Assembly: GCA_041671225.1 (NCBI GenBank)
Contig: JBAZBY010000001.1
Location: 961,130 to 1,025,129 of the forward strand
Source of the DNA: Patescibacteria group bacterium
Lineage (GTDB): Bacteria; Patescibacteriota; Patescibacteriia; JBAZBY01
Length of the DNA: 64,000 bases
Reading direction: 5' to 3'
Part shown: positions 35,404 to 44,324 of the stretch, in pieces
Layout of the letters: every line of letters starts with the position of its first letter
How positions within the stretch are numbered: position 1 is the first letter of the stretch
The notes under the pieces: generated by a model
Databases searched by the model: none
Told to the model about the DNA's origin: nothing
Seen by the model: only the letters and a program-made list of their open reading frames with translations
Translations under genes and position numbers: made by a program

Positions 35404-36459
35404 TTATGACGAACGGCGGACCATATATTCAGCAAGTGCGCCCAGTACCTTGCGCGTTTCGCTATGGAGATGCAGACTCTTTGCAAGCGCGCTCTTTGCC
35501 TCCTGCACCAGCGCATACGAGCGTTCCCGCGCCTTGGCAAGCGCGCCGCTCACCTGCACAATCCGGCGTGCGTCAATCAATGCGGACTCCGTCATGCGCT
35601 CATTGCTCAGAATGGCACGCAGGCGCTTCCGATCCTTCAAAGAAGCAAATTTCAGTGCATACAAAATCAAAAGGGTTTTCTTCCCCTCATCCAGATCTGA
35701 CGTGACGGACTTGCCGATGGTCTTTGCGTTGCCGAACATTCCCAAAATGTCATCCTGAATCTGGAACGCAATGCCGAGGGGAATGGCATAAAGGGTAATG
35801 CTTTTGAGGTCGCGCTCGGTGCCGCCGGCCAGAATGGCGCCGAGGTGCAGCGGCGCTTCAAACGAATACATTGCGGTTTTGAGTTGATGCACGGCGAGCA
35901 CCTGCGCTTCCGTCACCTTCTCCCGTTCAGAAAACAGAATATCCATCATCTGCCCATAATGCGTTTCCTCCAGCATCCGTTCAATGCGTTGCAGCAGACG
36001 AAATTTCTTTTCTGAAGACACGCGGCTCTCCAGGACGAGCTCCCTCGCCCAGATACTCAAAAGGTTCCCCAGCAGGATTGCCTGGGAAACACCGTAGTGT
36101 TCTGCGCGCTCCGCAGCTGGACTCAAATCCTGCACCGCAATGTGTACGGTCTTTCCGCCGCGGCGCTGCTCGTCCTGATCGATAATGTCATCGTGGATCA
36201 AAAGGTATGCATGCAGCAATTCCGCAAGAATAGAAAGCGTCGTTACTTGCGTACTCACCTTTCCCGTAATGAGCCGATATCCTTGTGTCATCAGAAACCC
36301 GCGAATACGCTTGCCCCCCTTGCGCAGCACGAATTCCGCCACGGTGTCAAAAAGCGGCACGACATCCGGGGCAATGCGCTTCACTTCTTTGCGCTTCACC
36401 GCAAAAAAGGCCTCCAGTTGAGGCTGAACGTTCATCCGATACATTTCAAGCTCTTTCAT
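35404..36459 (-). CDS. trans-Polyprenyl diphosphate synthase (FPP/GGPP-synthase family)
   Basis: FARM LIHDDIIDQDEQRRG and SARM GIAFQIQDDILG. Start moved to MKELEMYRM (ATG 36459); the 81 upstream codons of the track ORF are GC-rich read-through. Confidence 0.85.
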   Translation of the reverse strand: MKELEMYRMNVQPQLEAFFAVKRKEVKRIAPDVVPLFDTVAEFVLRKGGKRIRGFLMTQGYRLITGKVSTQVTTLSILAELLHAYLLIHDDIIDQDEQRRGGKTVHIAVQDLSPAAERAEHYGVSQAILLGNLLSIWARELVLESRVSSEKKFRLLQRIERMLEETHYGQMMDILFSEREKVTEAQVLAVHQLKTAMYSFEAPLHLGAILAGGTERDLKSITLYAIPLGIAFQIQDDILGMFGNAKTIGKSVTSDLDEGKKTLLILYALKFASLKDRKRLRAILSNERMTESALIDARRIVQVSGALAKARERSYALVQEAKSALAKSLHLHSETRKVLGALAEYMVRRSS

Positions 36460-36575
36460 AAAACAGCGTTGAGTATACCAAAACACACCCTTTGAGCAAG
36501 GGGAAGCGGGCAGGGTCTCGTATGGAGGTCCTGCCCTGGGTGGTGGTTGCGCGGGGTGCGCGTATGGCACGACGT

Positions 36576-36854
36576 TCACGCCGCGATTTCGGCTTTGGTT
36601 GAGACGAGCTGGATGGAGTACGGCGGGTGGCCGTCGAGACCGCCAGTGAAGACCTGGCAGCCAGGATGGGTGGGGGTTCCCACGCGTCTCCGATACGTGC
36701 ACACGGGGCTGTGCACGCAGGAGCCGCCTTGCCAGAGAACGCAGTCCGTGAGAACCAGGTCACTCACCACGGTGCCGTCTCCCCGCCGGAGAATGACCTG
36801 CCGTTCACACGGCTTGCTCGCATGGTGGAAATCCCGCTCGTAGTATCCGTGCAT
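36576..36854 (-). CDS. Possible small Cys/His-rich protein (92 aa), GC-rich
   Basis: GGAGGG 7 nt upstream of ATG 36854. MHGYYERDFHHASKPCERQ...CVLWQGGSCVHSPVCTYRRRVGTPTHPGCQ. No family recognised. Confidence 0.3.
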   Translation of the reverse strand: MHGYYERDFHHASKPCERQVILRRGDGTVVSDLVLTDCVLWQGGSCVHSPVCTYRRRVGTPTHPGCQVFTGGLDGHPPYSIQLVSTKAEIAA

Positions 36855-37501
36855 CTGCTGTTCCCTCCATGTACTCAGGTACGAAAGAGCACCCATTGCT
36901 GGGTGCGGTTCGTTGGAAAACGCGATATCTACCCAGATATGGGAAGCTGATTTCGGCACCGTACACGCCAGTCTGGCATGTCGGTTGCCACCGTGTTCAT
37001 TCGGGGTCAGCACCCCTCCACGGCTTCTTGATATCTGTACTGTGAAAGATGCACGGAGCCTACAGTGTTCTGTCCTGACTGTCAAATCATAGGAAAGGAA
37101 TCTATAGAAAAACCTGCCAAAGGTCATTTTGGCGCCAGGGTAAACTGAATCCCAGGTGGTTGGTAGTTCCCCTGGGATAAAGAGCGATGGGCGGTCGAAG
37201 CGAGATTTCGACCCTACCTTCCAGAAGACGTGTGTCCTCTGGGAAAGGGTGTTCTACTTATTCGGGACTGAACCCGGGGTCGTGATCTCAATGAATGCAT
37301 GTGGCACTCAGAAAATCGCGAAAGATAGAACTATATTTACGATACAATAGTCTGTTCTGCTGTCAAGACTTTTTTTTCTGTGGATAACTCAAATGGAACG
37401 GCGGCTAGTCACGAAGACGAGCCGCCGATAGAAGAAGGGTCCCCGGCGAACGAACGTTCGCTGCGAGATGTCTGCACATGCTGTACAGGGACCACAGGAT
37501 T

Positions 37502-37575
37502 GTGGGGATAGAAGGATTTGAACCTCCGACAGCCAGATTTTCAGTCTGGTGCTCTGCCAACTGAGCTATATCCCC
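37502..37575 (-). tRNA. tRNA-Phe (anticodon GAA)
   Basis: Minus-strand read GGGGATATAGCTCAGTTGGCAGAGCACCAGACTGAAAATCTGGCTGTCGGAGGTTCAAATCCTTCTATCCCCA. Canonical D-loop, T-loop GGTTCAAATCC, anticodon loop CTGAAAA. CCA not encoded. Confidence 0.85.
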
Positions 37576-37582
37576 GACAAAA

Positions 37583-37658
37583 TGGTGCGCCATCAAGGAG
37601 TCGAACCTCAGACATCCAGATTGTGAGTCTGGCGCTCTACCAACTGAGCTAATGGCGC
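37583..37658 (-). tRNA. tRNA-Val (anticodon CAC)
   Basis: GCGCCATTAGCTCAGTTGGTAGAGCGCCAGACTCACAATCTGGATGTCTGAGGTTCGACTCCTTGATGGCGCACCA. Anticodon loop CTCACAA. CCA encoded. Confidence 0.8.
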
Positions 37659-37939
37659 ACTGAAGGAACAAGAGGAGGTGGTGGCACCTGGTCCGAGCTG
37701 TGATGCAGGATCATGGTGCGTGGACAGATGTCTTTTGCGACCTTGCAGAGTGCGCAGGGCCACCACCGGGTTAACGTTGAAATAGCGGGGACGGGGAGGC
37801 CGGGTCGATGTACCGCAACCAGACCTCCCCTACCGGCAGTAAAAAGGCCCGAAGACCTCAGAACCAACGGCCCCCAAATACAAAAGCACGTATGTGCGGA
37901 AAAACATCCTATCGCACATGGCACTACCTGTCAAGGCGC

Positions 37940-38476
37940 TTATGTTTTCGGGTACAGCTCCGGGTTCTTGAAAGGCACCAGCGCCATGATCACGCCGCTT
38001 GCATACTCGCTCGTTCGGCTCAGGACATCGTGCGTGAGTAATCCAATTGCTCCGTTCTGTTGTTTCGAGTTCGATTTTCCAAAAACGATATCATCAGCAT
38101 CACCGAGCTCCATGCCACCACGAACCAATTCTGCAACGCGTCCGGGCAACATAAAGCCAATTGTGCGTGCCATACCCTCTTGCGTGCCACCTCGCACCAC
38201 AACCCACGCGCAGGTGCCAAGTTTTCCGCTTTCTTCAAATGCGCCGCCTTCGAGCCCCACATAGTACTCCGCGTCAGGATTTGTGCGCTGTGCCGCGATG
38301 ATGCGTTGACGCGCGCCTTTCAGCATTTCATCATCCCCCATCGGTTGATCAGAAACGCCAGAAGGCACCTTCACGCCTGCAAACAGAAACTCCTCGCCAG
38401 GAAACATGCGCTGAAACCCTTGTTCCACTGCCTGCAACTTCACGGGATTCATTGAAGTAATGATGACGGTTTTCAT
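37940..38476 (-). CDS. Inosine/xanthosine triphosphatase, YjjX-like (Maf/Ham1 superfamily)
   Basis: MKTVIITSMNPVKLQAVEQGFQRMFPGEEFLFAGVKVPSGVSDQPMGDDEMLKGARQRI closely parallels the E. coli YjjX N-terminus. Confidence 0.65.
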   Translation of the reverse strand: MKTVIITSMNPVKLQAVEQGFQRMFPGEEFLFAGVKVPSGVSDQPMGDDEMLKGARQRIIAAQRTNPDAEYYVGLEGGAFEESGKLGTCAWVVVRGGTQEGMARTIGFMLPGRVAELVRGGMELGDADDIVFGKSNSKQQNGAIGLLTHDVLSRTSEYASGVIMALVPFKNPELYPKT

Positions 38477-39252
38477 AGTGTAAGCGTGAGTCCGATCGGG
38501 CAGTGATCCGAGCCCACCACATCCGGCAAGATAAAAGCATCCTTCACCTGCTTCTTAAGATTCGGGCTTATATAAAAATAATCCAGACGCCAACCCACGT
38601 TGCGGTCACGGGCGCGAGTCTTCTGGTCCCAATAGGTGTACTGCTTGGGTTCATCCGGATGCTTCATGCGAAAGGTATCAATAAGTCCGGCTGCTTCAAA
38701 CCTATCCAGCCATGCGCGCTCGATGGCCATGAAGCCGGAATTATCCGCGTTCTCCTTTGGCCGCGCCAGATCGATCTCTTGATGTGCCGTATTGACGTCG
38801 CCACACACCACCACCTTGCGTGTTTTCATGAGCTTTACTGCATAATTCAAAAACTGATCATAAAACTTCAACTTATAATCCAGCCGCGGCTGCCCTGACC
38901 CGCCGTTGGGATAATAAATATTGAGTAGTACGAACGCGCCAAAATCCAACTCCTGTACACGGCCTTCTCTGGAAAGCAAGCTGTTTTTCCCAAAATCTTT
39001 TTTTTCGCATTTTGGTTCCTTCTTGGTATACGTCGCGACGCCACTGTATCCCTTCTTGGCCTCATGTCCCGCCCAATATGAAGCATAGCCGCCCACATCC
39101 TTAAGAGCTTCAGAAAGTATTCCTGGATCATGCACCTTTGTTTCCTGCACACACACAATATCAGCCTCACTCTTCTGCAGCCAATCAATAAAACCTTTCC
39201 GTTCTGCGGCACGAATTCCATTTACATTCCAAGAGAGAAGGGTTATCGACAT
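38473..39252 (-). CDS. xth: Exodeoxyribonuclease III (AP endonuclease, EEP family)
   Basis: LLSWNVNGIRAAERKGFIDWL...DIVCVQETK, ...VVCGDVNTAHQEIDLARP, ...SDHCPIGLTL. Confidence 0.9.
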   Translation of the reverse strand: MSITLLSWNVNGIRAAERKGFIDWLQKSEADIVCVQETKVHDPGILSEALKDVGGYASYWAGHEAKKGYSGVATYTKKEPKCEKKDFGKNSLLSREGRVQELDFGAFVLLNIYYPNGGSGQPRLDYKLKFYDQFLNYAVKLMKTRKVVVCGDVNTAHQEIDLARPKENADNSGFMAIERAWLDRFEAAGLIDTFRMKHPDEPKQYTYWDQKTRARDRNVGWRLDYFYISPNLKKQVKDAFILPDVVGSDHCPIGLTLTL

Positions 39253-39281
39253 GGATTGTAGTATAGCAAATAGAGACTTTT

Positions 39282-39644
39282 TTGCCTTCGTGTTATACTT
39301 TCCACATGATTATCTCATTTCTTTTCTCGGCAATCGCAGTCTTTGTAACCGCATATCTCCTACCAGGAGTTACGGTTGGCGGATGGGTGGATGTGCTGAT
39401 TGTGGCGCTCGTGCTCGGCATGATCAATATATCCATAAAGCCTATTCTGCATCTCTTGACCTTCCCTATCACAATTCTCACATTGGGACTCTTTGCACTT
39501 GTCATAAACGCACTGCTCATTATGCTCGCCGACTGGGCTGTGAAAGGTTTCTCGGTTGATAACTTCTGGTGGGCGCTTCTCTTTAGTGTGGTGCTAACAA
39601 TCGTGAACGGGTTCCTTGGACTGTTCAAGCCAAAGCACGCCTGA
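39282..39644 (+). CDS. DUF360 / phage-holin-4_2-like four-TM membrane protein
   Basis: 120 aa with 4 hydrophobic helices. Y..PGV.V.G pattern typical of YvlD/DUF360. Confidence 0.6.
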   Translation: MPSCYTFHMIISFLFSAIAVFVTAYLLPGVTVGGWVDVLIVALVLGMINISIKPILHLLTFPITILTLGLFALVINALLIMLADWAVKGFSVDNFWWALLFSVVLTIVNGFLGLFKPKHA

Positions 39645-39670
39645 TACGCACAGGATTCAAAGAGTAAAAT

Positions 39671-40204
39671 CTATGACGACGGCGATATGATAATATAGAC
39701 GTCGTCGAGTTCGATATCCGATCCCCCAGGACCGGCATTGTTATCGTCATTATATACATTCTGCGCAATGCCATTGGGACCAAACGAACCAATGACTGCC
39801 TCCCACTGCTCACCAGCAGAAGGATCAACATCATAATCCGTATCAAGAAAATAAGGATTTCCCCATGGGTCAACGGGCAGGAATGGAACATAAGGACCCT
39901 GCCAATTCGAAAAACTGCCATCCGTAGCCACGATGCCGGCCACATCAGTACTCAGATCCCAAACTTCGTTGCCGTCCACACCTTGATGTGTTACTGGTGT
40001 TTGCGCACCAGGCCAGAGGCCGGTATCAAATTCTAAAATTCGTATCGCGGTTGCAAGAGTCCGTACATCACCCTGCGCATCTGCAATCCTCCCCTTATCG
40101 CGAAGATCCGGCAACAGTGCAAGACCAACGGCAGCCAAAATCCCGATAACAGCAATTGTCACGAGCATTTCAACGAGGGTAAAACCTTTTTGATATTTTC
40201 GCAT
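39671..40204 (-). CDS. Type IV pilin / T2SS pseudopilin-like protein
   Basis: Class III signal MRKYQKG|FTLVEMLVTIAVIGILAAVGL (prepilin N-methylation site). Confidence 0.75.
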   Translation of the reverse strand: MRKYQKGFTLVEMLVTIAVIGILAAVGLALLPDLRDKGRIADAQGDVRTLATAIRILEFDTGLWPGAQTPVTHQGVDGNEVWDLSTDVAGIVATDGSFSNWQGPYVPFLPVDPWGNPYFLDTDYDVDPSAGEQWEAVIGSFGPNGIAQNVYNDDNNAGPGGSDIELDDVYIIISPSS

Positions 40205-40324
40205 AGAGAAAGTATAGCAAAAAAATCGTGGTCAGGCTTTGGGGACCTTCCACCTGAGGCGGACGCACTAATCTCAGCCAACGGCTGATCTGCCGATGGT
40301 GGAAACTCCTCAAATCCAAGGACG

Positions 40325-40401
40325 TGGTCGGGCTGGTGGGACTTGAACCCACGACCTCCACGACCCGAACGTGGCGCGCTAGCCAACTGCGCTACAGCCC
40401 G
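40325..40401 (-). tRNA. tRNA-Pro (anticodon CGG)
   Basis: CGGGCTGTAGCGCAGTTGGCTAGCGCGCCACGTTCGGGTCGTGGAGGTCGTGGGTTCAAGTCCCACCAGCCCGACCA. Anticodon loop TTCGGGT. CCA encoded. Confidence 0.8.
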
Positions 40402-40494
40402 TCCACGTCCTTGCATTATGCAATAGCTACAACTCGAAATAACAACGCTCCGCGTACCACAGCGTAGCTGAGTATGGTGTGTTTTGCAAGCGTA

Positions 40495-40878
40495 TTAGAG
40501 AGTGCTTTCTTCGAGTCGCCAGAGAACGGTGTCATCATTCTTGGTCTCATACACATCAGCACCAACTTGTCCCTGCTCGCCGTTCACATAAAACAACCAA
40601 AAATGGTTCTCATTCGCTTCCTGCCCGTCAATACTGTTCACCAACACGCCAAAATCAAATTGCTCAAACGCAACGTCGTGCTGTTCTTCAAGAAGCTGAA
40701 AGGCATTCTTCCCCTCTTCGCCTTTGTACTCAATAGTGGCAATGGCGTTCGGGAGCTCCGGTTGTTCCGTTATCTCCGCGTTCCCTGTAACCGGAACAGT
40801 AATCTCGCCAAGAGGAGCGAGCGCAAAAAGAAGGATAAGAAGTGCAAGTGGAACGATCCACAATAGATGGCGTCGCAT
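40495..40878 (-). CDS. Secreted DUF4430-like (transcobalamin-like C-terminal domain) protein
   Basis: Signal/TM N-terminus. WLFYVNGEQGQVGADVYETKNDDTVLWRL matches the DUF4430 pattern. Confidence 0.5.
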   Translation of the reverse strand: MRRHLLWIVPLALLILLFALAPLGEITVPVTGNAEITEQPELPNAIATIEYKGEEGKNAFQLLEEQHDVAFEQFDFGVLVNSIDGQEANENHFWLFYVNGEQGQVGADVYETKNDDTVLWRLEESTL

Positions 40879-40951
40879 AAAAATATGGGATTAGTGTATA
40901 CTCTCCCCCTCCGCAAGCACTCTAGCAGAGCTATGCGCGTCAGACAAGGTA

Positions 40952-41677
40952 CTACTCATATTGCTCGGTTAGAATGCGGTCCCGGTCAACACCCTCAATA
41001 GTCAGCGCCTTAATAAGGTCCTGTATCATTGCGGGCGGGCCACAGAGAAAATAGAGCGGATCCGTCAGACGCTTATGGTAACGTCTAGCTGTCTCCGGCG
41101 TGAGACGCCCCTGCATAACGCCTTCCTTTGCATCCCCTTGCGTAACGGTGAGATGCAACGTCCAATGGTCATGAACAGAAAAAAGTTGCTCAATCTCCGA
41201 GCGAAACAAAAAATCCTCTTCAGCGCGGCAGCTATAGAGCAGCGTTACCGGATTTTCTTTTTTATTGTAATGAAACGATCGCAGCATACCCATGATTGGA
41301 GCAATACCTGTTCCGCCTGCAAGCAATACAAGCGGACCAGCCTCAGTATCGGGATATGTGAAAAAGCCAAGTGGCGCACGAAGCGTCACCACATCCCCTG
41401 CCTTGAGTTTGCTCAACGCTTGTGTGAAATATCCCCGCTTTTCATAACCAAACTCCAACATATCCGGATCCGTCGGCGTGGAGCTAAAGGAAAGCGGCTT
41501 GGTACGCTGTTCGCCTGTATCTTTGTCTGTGACGGTAACCATAGCAAACTGGCCGGCATTGTACGCAAAGCGCTTGCCGCTCTTGCGATCCAGGCGCAGC
41601 GCAAAACCGTTCGATGCGAGCTGCACGGTGTTGCTCACGGTATATGATGCGGTAACGGCTTTTGGCGCTTCTGACAT
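40952..41677 (-). CDS. FAD/NAD(P)-binding oxidoreductase, ferredoxin-NADP reductase-like
   Basis: RFAYNAGQFAMVTV (FAD-binding beta-barrel) and PLVLLAGGTGIAPIMGML (NAD-binding). Start taken at MSEAPKAV to avoid overlapping trxB. Confidence 0.55.
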   Translation of the reverse strand: MSEAPKAVTASYTVSNTVQLASNGFALRLDRKSGKRFAYNAGQFAMVTVTDKDTGEQRTKPLSFSSTPTDPDMLEFGYEKRGYFTQALSKLKAGDVVTLRAPLGFFTYPDTEAGPLVLLAGGTGIAPIMGMLRSFHYNKKENPVTLLYSCRAEEDFLFRSEIEQLFSVHDHWTLHLTVTQGDAKEGVMQGRLTPETARRYHKRLTDPLYFLCGPPAMIQDLIKALTIEGVDRDRILTEQYE

Positions 41678-41688
41678 GAAAACGTTTG

Positions 41689-42612
41689 CTATTCCCCTGC
41701 TTCCTTCTCTTCCAAGTAGCGTTGCGCATCCAGTGCAGCCATACAACCCATACCGGCAGCCGTTATTGCCTGACGATATTTATAATCATGGACATCGCCA
41801 GAAACAAAAACGCCTTCAATATTCGTTAAAGAATGATCCTTCACTTGAATGTACCCCATCTTGCCGAGCTCAATTTCTTCAGCAAACACTTCTGATGCCG
41901 GCGCGTGGCCGATGGCAACGAACAATCCTTGCGCTTTGATTTCAGATTCTTCACCTGTTGTGGCATTTTTGATCTTGAGCCCTTCCATCGCGTTCTCGCC
42001 AAGCACCTCAACAACCGATGTGTTGTACATGAGGGTTATCTTCTCGTCAGCCACGGCGCGATTCTGCATTGCCTTGCTTCCGCTCAATGCTTCACCACGA
42101 ACAAGTACCGTCACCTTATTCGCAAATTTGGTCAGGAAAGTCGCTTCTTCAAGAGCGGTATCCCCTCCGCCAACCACCACAACATCTTTGCCTTTAAAGA
42201 AGAAGCCGTCACAAGTTGCGCAGGCTGAAACTCCCTTACCGCGGAGTTTTGTTTCACTCGGGAGATTCAACCACTTTGCTTCAGCGCCGGTTGCGATAAT
42301 AACTGCCTTGGCTGCATATTCCTTCTCTCCGACCCAGAGCTTCAGCGGCTTGCCAGAAAAATCCGCCTTTGTGACCTTTTCGTTTTGAATGCGCGTACCA
42401 AACCGCTCCGCCTGTTTCATCATCTTATTCATAAGCTCCGGCCCTTGAATGCCCTCGGGAAATCCCGGAAAATTCTCTACCTCCGTGGTCCACATCAGTT
42501 GCCCGCCCGGCTCTACGCCAGCAAAAAGCAGAGGCTTCAAATCCGCACGTGCGGCATAAATAGCAGCGGTGAGTCCAGCGGGCCCAGACCCGATGATGAT
42601 CAATTTTTCCAT
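41689..42612 (-). CDS. trxB: Thioredoxin-disulfide reductase
   Basis: IIGSGPAGLTAAIYAAR FAD motif, redox-active CATC, GGGDTALEEA NADPH motif. Confidence 0.9.
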   Translation of the reverse strand: MEKLIIIGSGPAGLTAAIYAARADLKPLLFAGVEPGGQLMWTTEVENFPGFPEGIQGPELMNKMMKQAERFGTRIQNEKVTKADFSGKPLKLWVGEKEYAAKAVIIATGAEAKWLNLPSETKLRGKGVSACATCDGFFFKGKDVVVVGGGDTALEEATFLTKFANKVTVLVRGEALSGSKAMQNRAVADEKITLMYNTSVVEVLGENAMEGLKIKNATTGEESEIKAQGLFVAIGHAPASEVFAEEIELGKMGYIQVKDHSLTNIEGVFVSGDVHDYKYRQAITAAGMGCMAALDAQRYLEEKEAGE

Positions 42613-42620
42613 ACGACAAC

Positions 42621-44222
42621 CTAACTAATCTCTTCTCTTTTTTCCTTGATAAAGGCGAACCATTCTTCAAGTACCTTCACGAGCGTCTTAAATGGCGCCT
42701 CAATCACAAAATCGAGAATGAATGTAAGAATATTGAAACGTGGGATCTTCTTTGAAAGCCAGTGCCCCACTTGTACCACAGGAAGCGCAAAAAGGTTCAG
42801 GAGGAGTGAAAAAATATTTTCCCGCCGCTTTGTCACATAGAGTTCCTCCACCTCTGCGCGAACCTTCATTCCAAAGAATGATACGAGGGAAAGGAAGAAG
42901 AGGAAAAGCACGCCGGATACCCAGTTAAAACCTAATCGCATCAATCCCGATCCAACGAGACCAAAAGAAAGGATAAAAAGAATGGTATAGAATCCGAGGA
43001 AAAAGCGGTTTGCGAGCGGGCTGAAGCGCCGTATTGGGAGATGGAGTTCATTCTGAATAACATTCTGATCCGCCGGGTAGAGCAACCCGCGCAAGCCACT
43101 AAGAATCTTTGCCGTATTCTTCTTGCCTGGAATGGAAATAAGGATGCCAATGAGGAAAAGCAAGGTCGGATGGAATATGGCATTCACGATGAGTGGGGTC
43201 CACCGAATCTCACTGAGAAAGAAAAGATCATACGGCAACTCGATCAAAAATGCGAGTACGAACTTCGTAAGAAAAAGATAAATAATGCTGCGGACGATAA
43301 TGCGGCCAACGCGTGAACGAACGCGCTGATATCGTTCGCGGCTCGCCTCAGAAACCGCAATCGTTAATTTGTCCGGATCCTCAAAGATCTGCCGTGTATT
43401 GTCACCATATTTTTCAAGAATATCACGAAGAATGAGAAAGTATGTTGCGTAACGCTTCATGCGGCGGTGGAGCGGATCCGTCAGTGGGTGGTTAATATTA
43501 TGTTCCACGCGCATCTTCAGTTCACGAATCTGACCCACGATCATCTTTGCGGTACTCGGATCGCGCTCTATCCAATCTGGAACAAAAAAAGTAAAAAGGT
43601 GATAACGGAGTATTGCCTCATCTGAACGTATCAGTGAACGATGAATCGCCAGATACAACTGAAGCTCTTTCTCCACCTTGGGGTAATTCCCCGCGATCTC
43701 AACAACACCATTCACCTGTCCGAAGACATACTCAACCAATGCGTCAGACTTCACAGGGGGCGCAAGGAGCTGTTCAACCTCTGTTGCGGCGATCGAGAGC
43801 ATCCAATCACGCAGATCAAAACGCTCTCCCCACGACGTTTGACCCGTGAGTTGATCAAAAACAGCGAGATAACGATCCACAACCCGATCCACGCGCTCTG
43901 AAAGCGCCATTGGTAATTTATTATTCGGGAGATATCGTCCGCGGATCAACTCATCAATGAGCTCATGCCCGAGATTTTTTTTGTTGTGTTCAATAACAAG
44001 CCGACGACGCAGAAAACGTTCAATGGCATTCTTGCGCAACAAGTGCTCTTCTTTAAAATCAATTGCGTTGCGCAGCTTCTCATAGAAGAACGCAAGGTTC
44101 CCCACAAGTAAATCAACCTGAAAACGTTCTTCTCCAGGTTTTGCATCGTGGCTTTCTGGGATGCGCATGTAGCGCTCCTCTAGCCGATTGTAGGACGGAT
44201 CGAGTTGCTGTTTTGCTGCCAT
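42621..44222 (-). CDS. Hypothetical integral membrane protein (soluble N-terminal domain, ~6 C-terminal TM helices)
   Basis: No recognisable catalytic motif. C-terminal hydrophobic segments. Confidence 0.45.
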   Translation of the reverse strand: MAAKQQLDPSYNRLEERYMRIPESHDAKPGEERFQVDLLVGNLAFFYEKLRNAIDFKEEHLLRKNAIERFLRRRLVIEHNKKNLGHELIDELIRGRYLPNNKLPMALSERVDRVVDRYLAVFDQLTGQTSWGERFDLRDWMLSIAATEVEQLLAPPVKSDALVEYVFGQVNGVVEIAGNYPKVEKELQLYLAIHRSLIRSDEAILRYHLFTFFVPDWIERDPSTAKMIVGQIRELKMRVEHNINHPLTDPLHRRMKRYATYFLILRDILEKYGDNTRQIFEDPDKLTIAVSEASRERYQRVRSRVGRIIVRSIIYLFLTKFVLAFLIELPYDLFFLSEIRWTPLIVNAIFHPTLLFLIGILISIPGKKNTAKILSGLRGLLYPADQNVIQNELHLPIRRFSPLANRFFLGFYTILFILSFGLVGSGLMRLGFNWVSGVLFLFFLSLVSFFGMKVRAEVEELYVTKRRENIFSLLLNLFALPVVQVGHWLSKKIPRFNILTFILDFVIEAPFKTLVKVLEEWFAFIKEKREEIS

Positions 44223-44289
44223 TGCTCTGTTCTAGTTTCAGAACTATACCAGCTTTGAAAGCTGTTTGTCAATCACTTGCGTACCACAA

Positions 44290-44320
44290 AACCGCCCCTG
44301 AAGGCGGTTTTGTATATCAA
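44290..44320. terminator. Intrinsic (bidirectional-type) terminator after gene 44325..47582
   Basis: CAAAACCGCCCCTGAAGGCGGTTTTGT. Confidence 0.55.
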
Positions 44321-44324
44321 TATA

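Noticed and set aside
37405-37671. 88-aa ORF (and 40159..40416 / 40170..40361 near 40.3 kb) overlapping the tRNA genes
   Set aside because: These are frame translations of tRNA-Phe/Val and tRNA-Pro on the minus strand. They give the typical VGRAPDSQSG... artefact peptides. No RBS.
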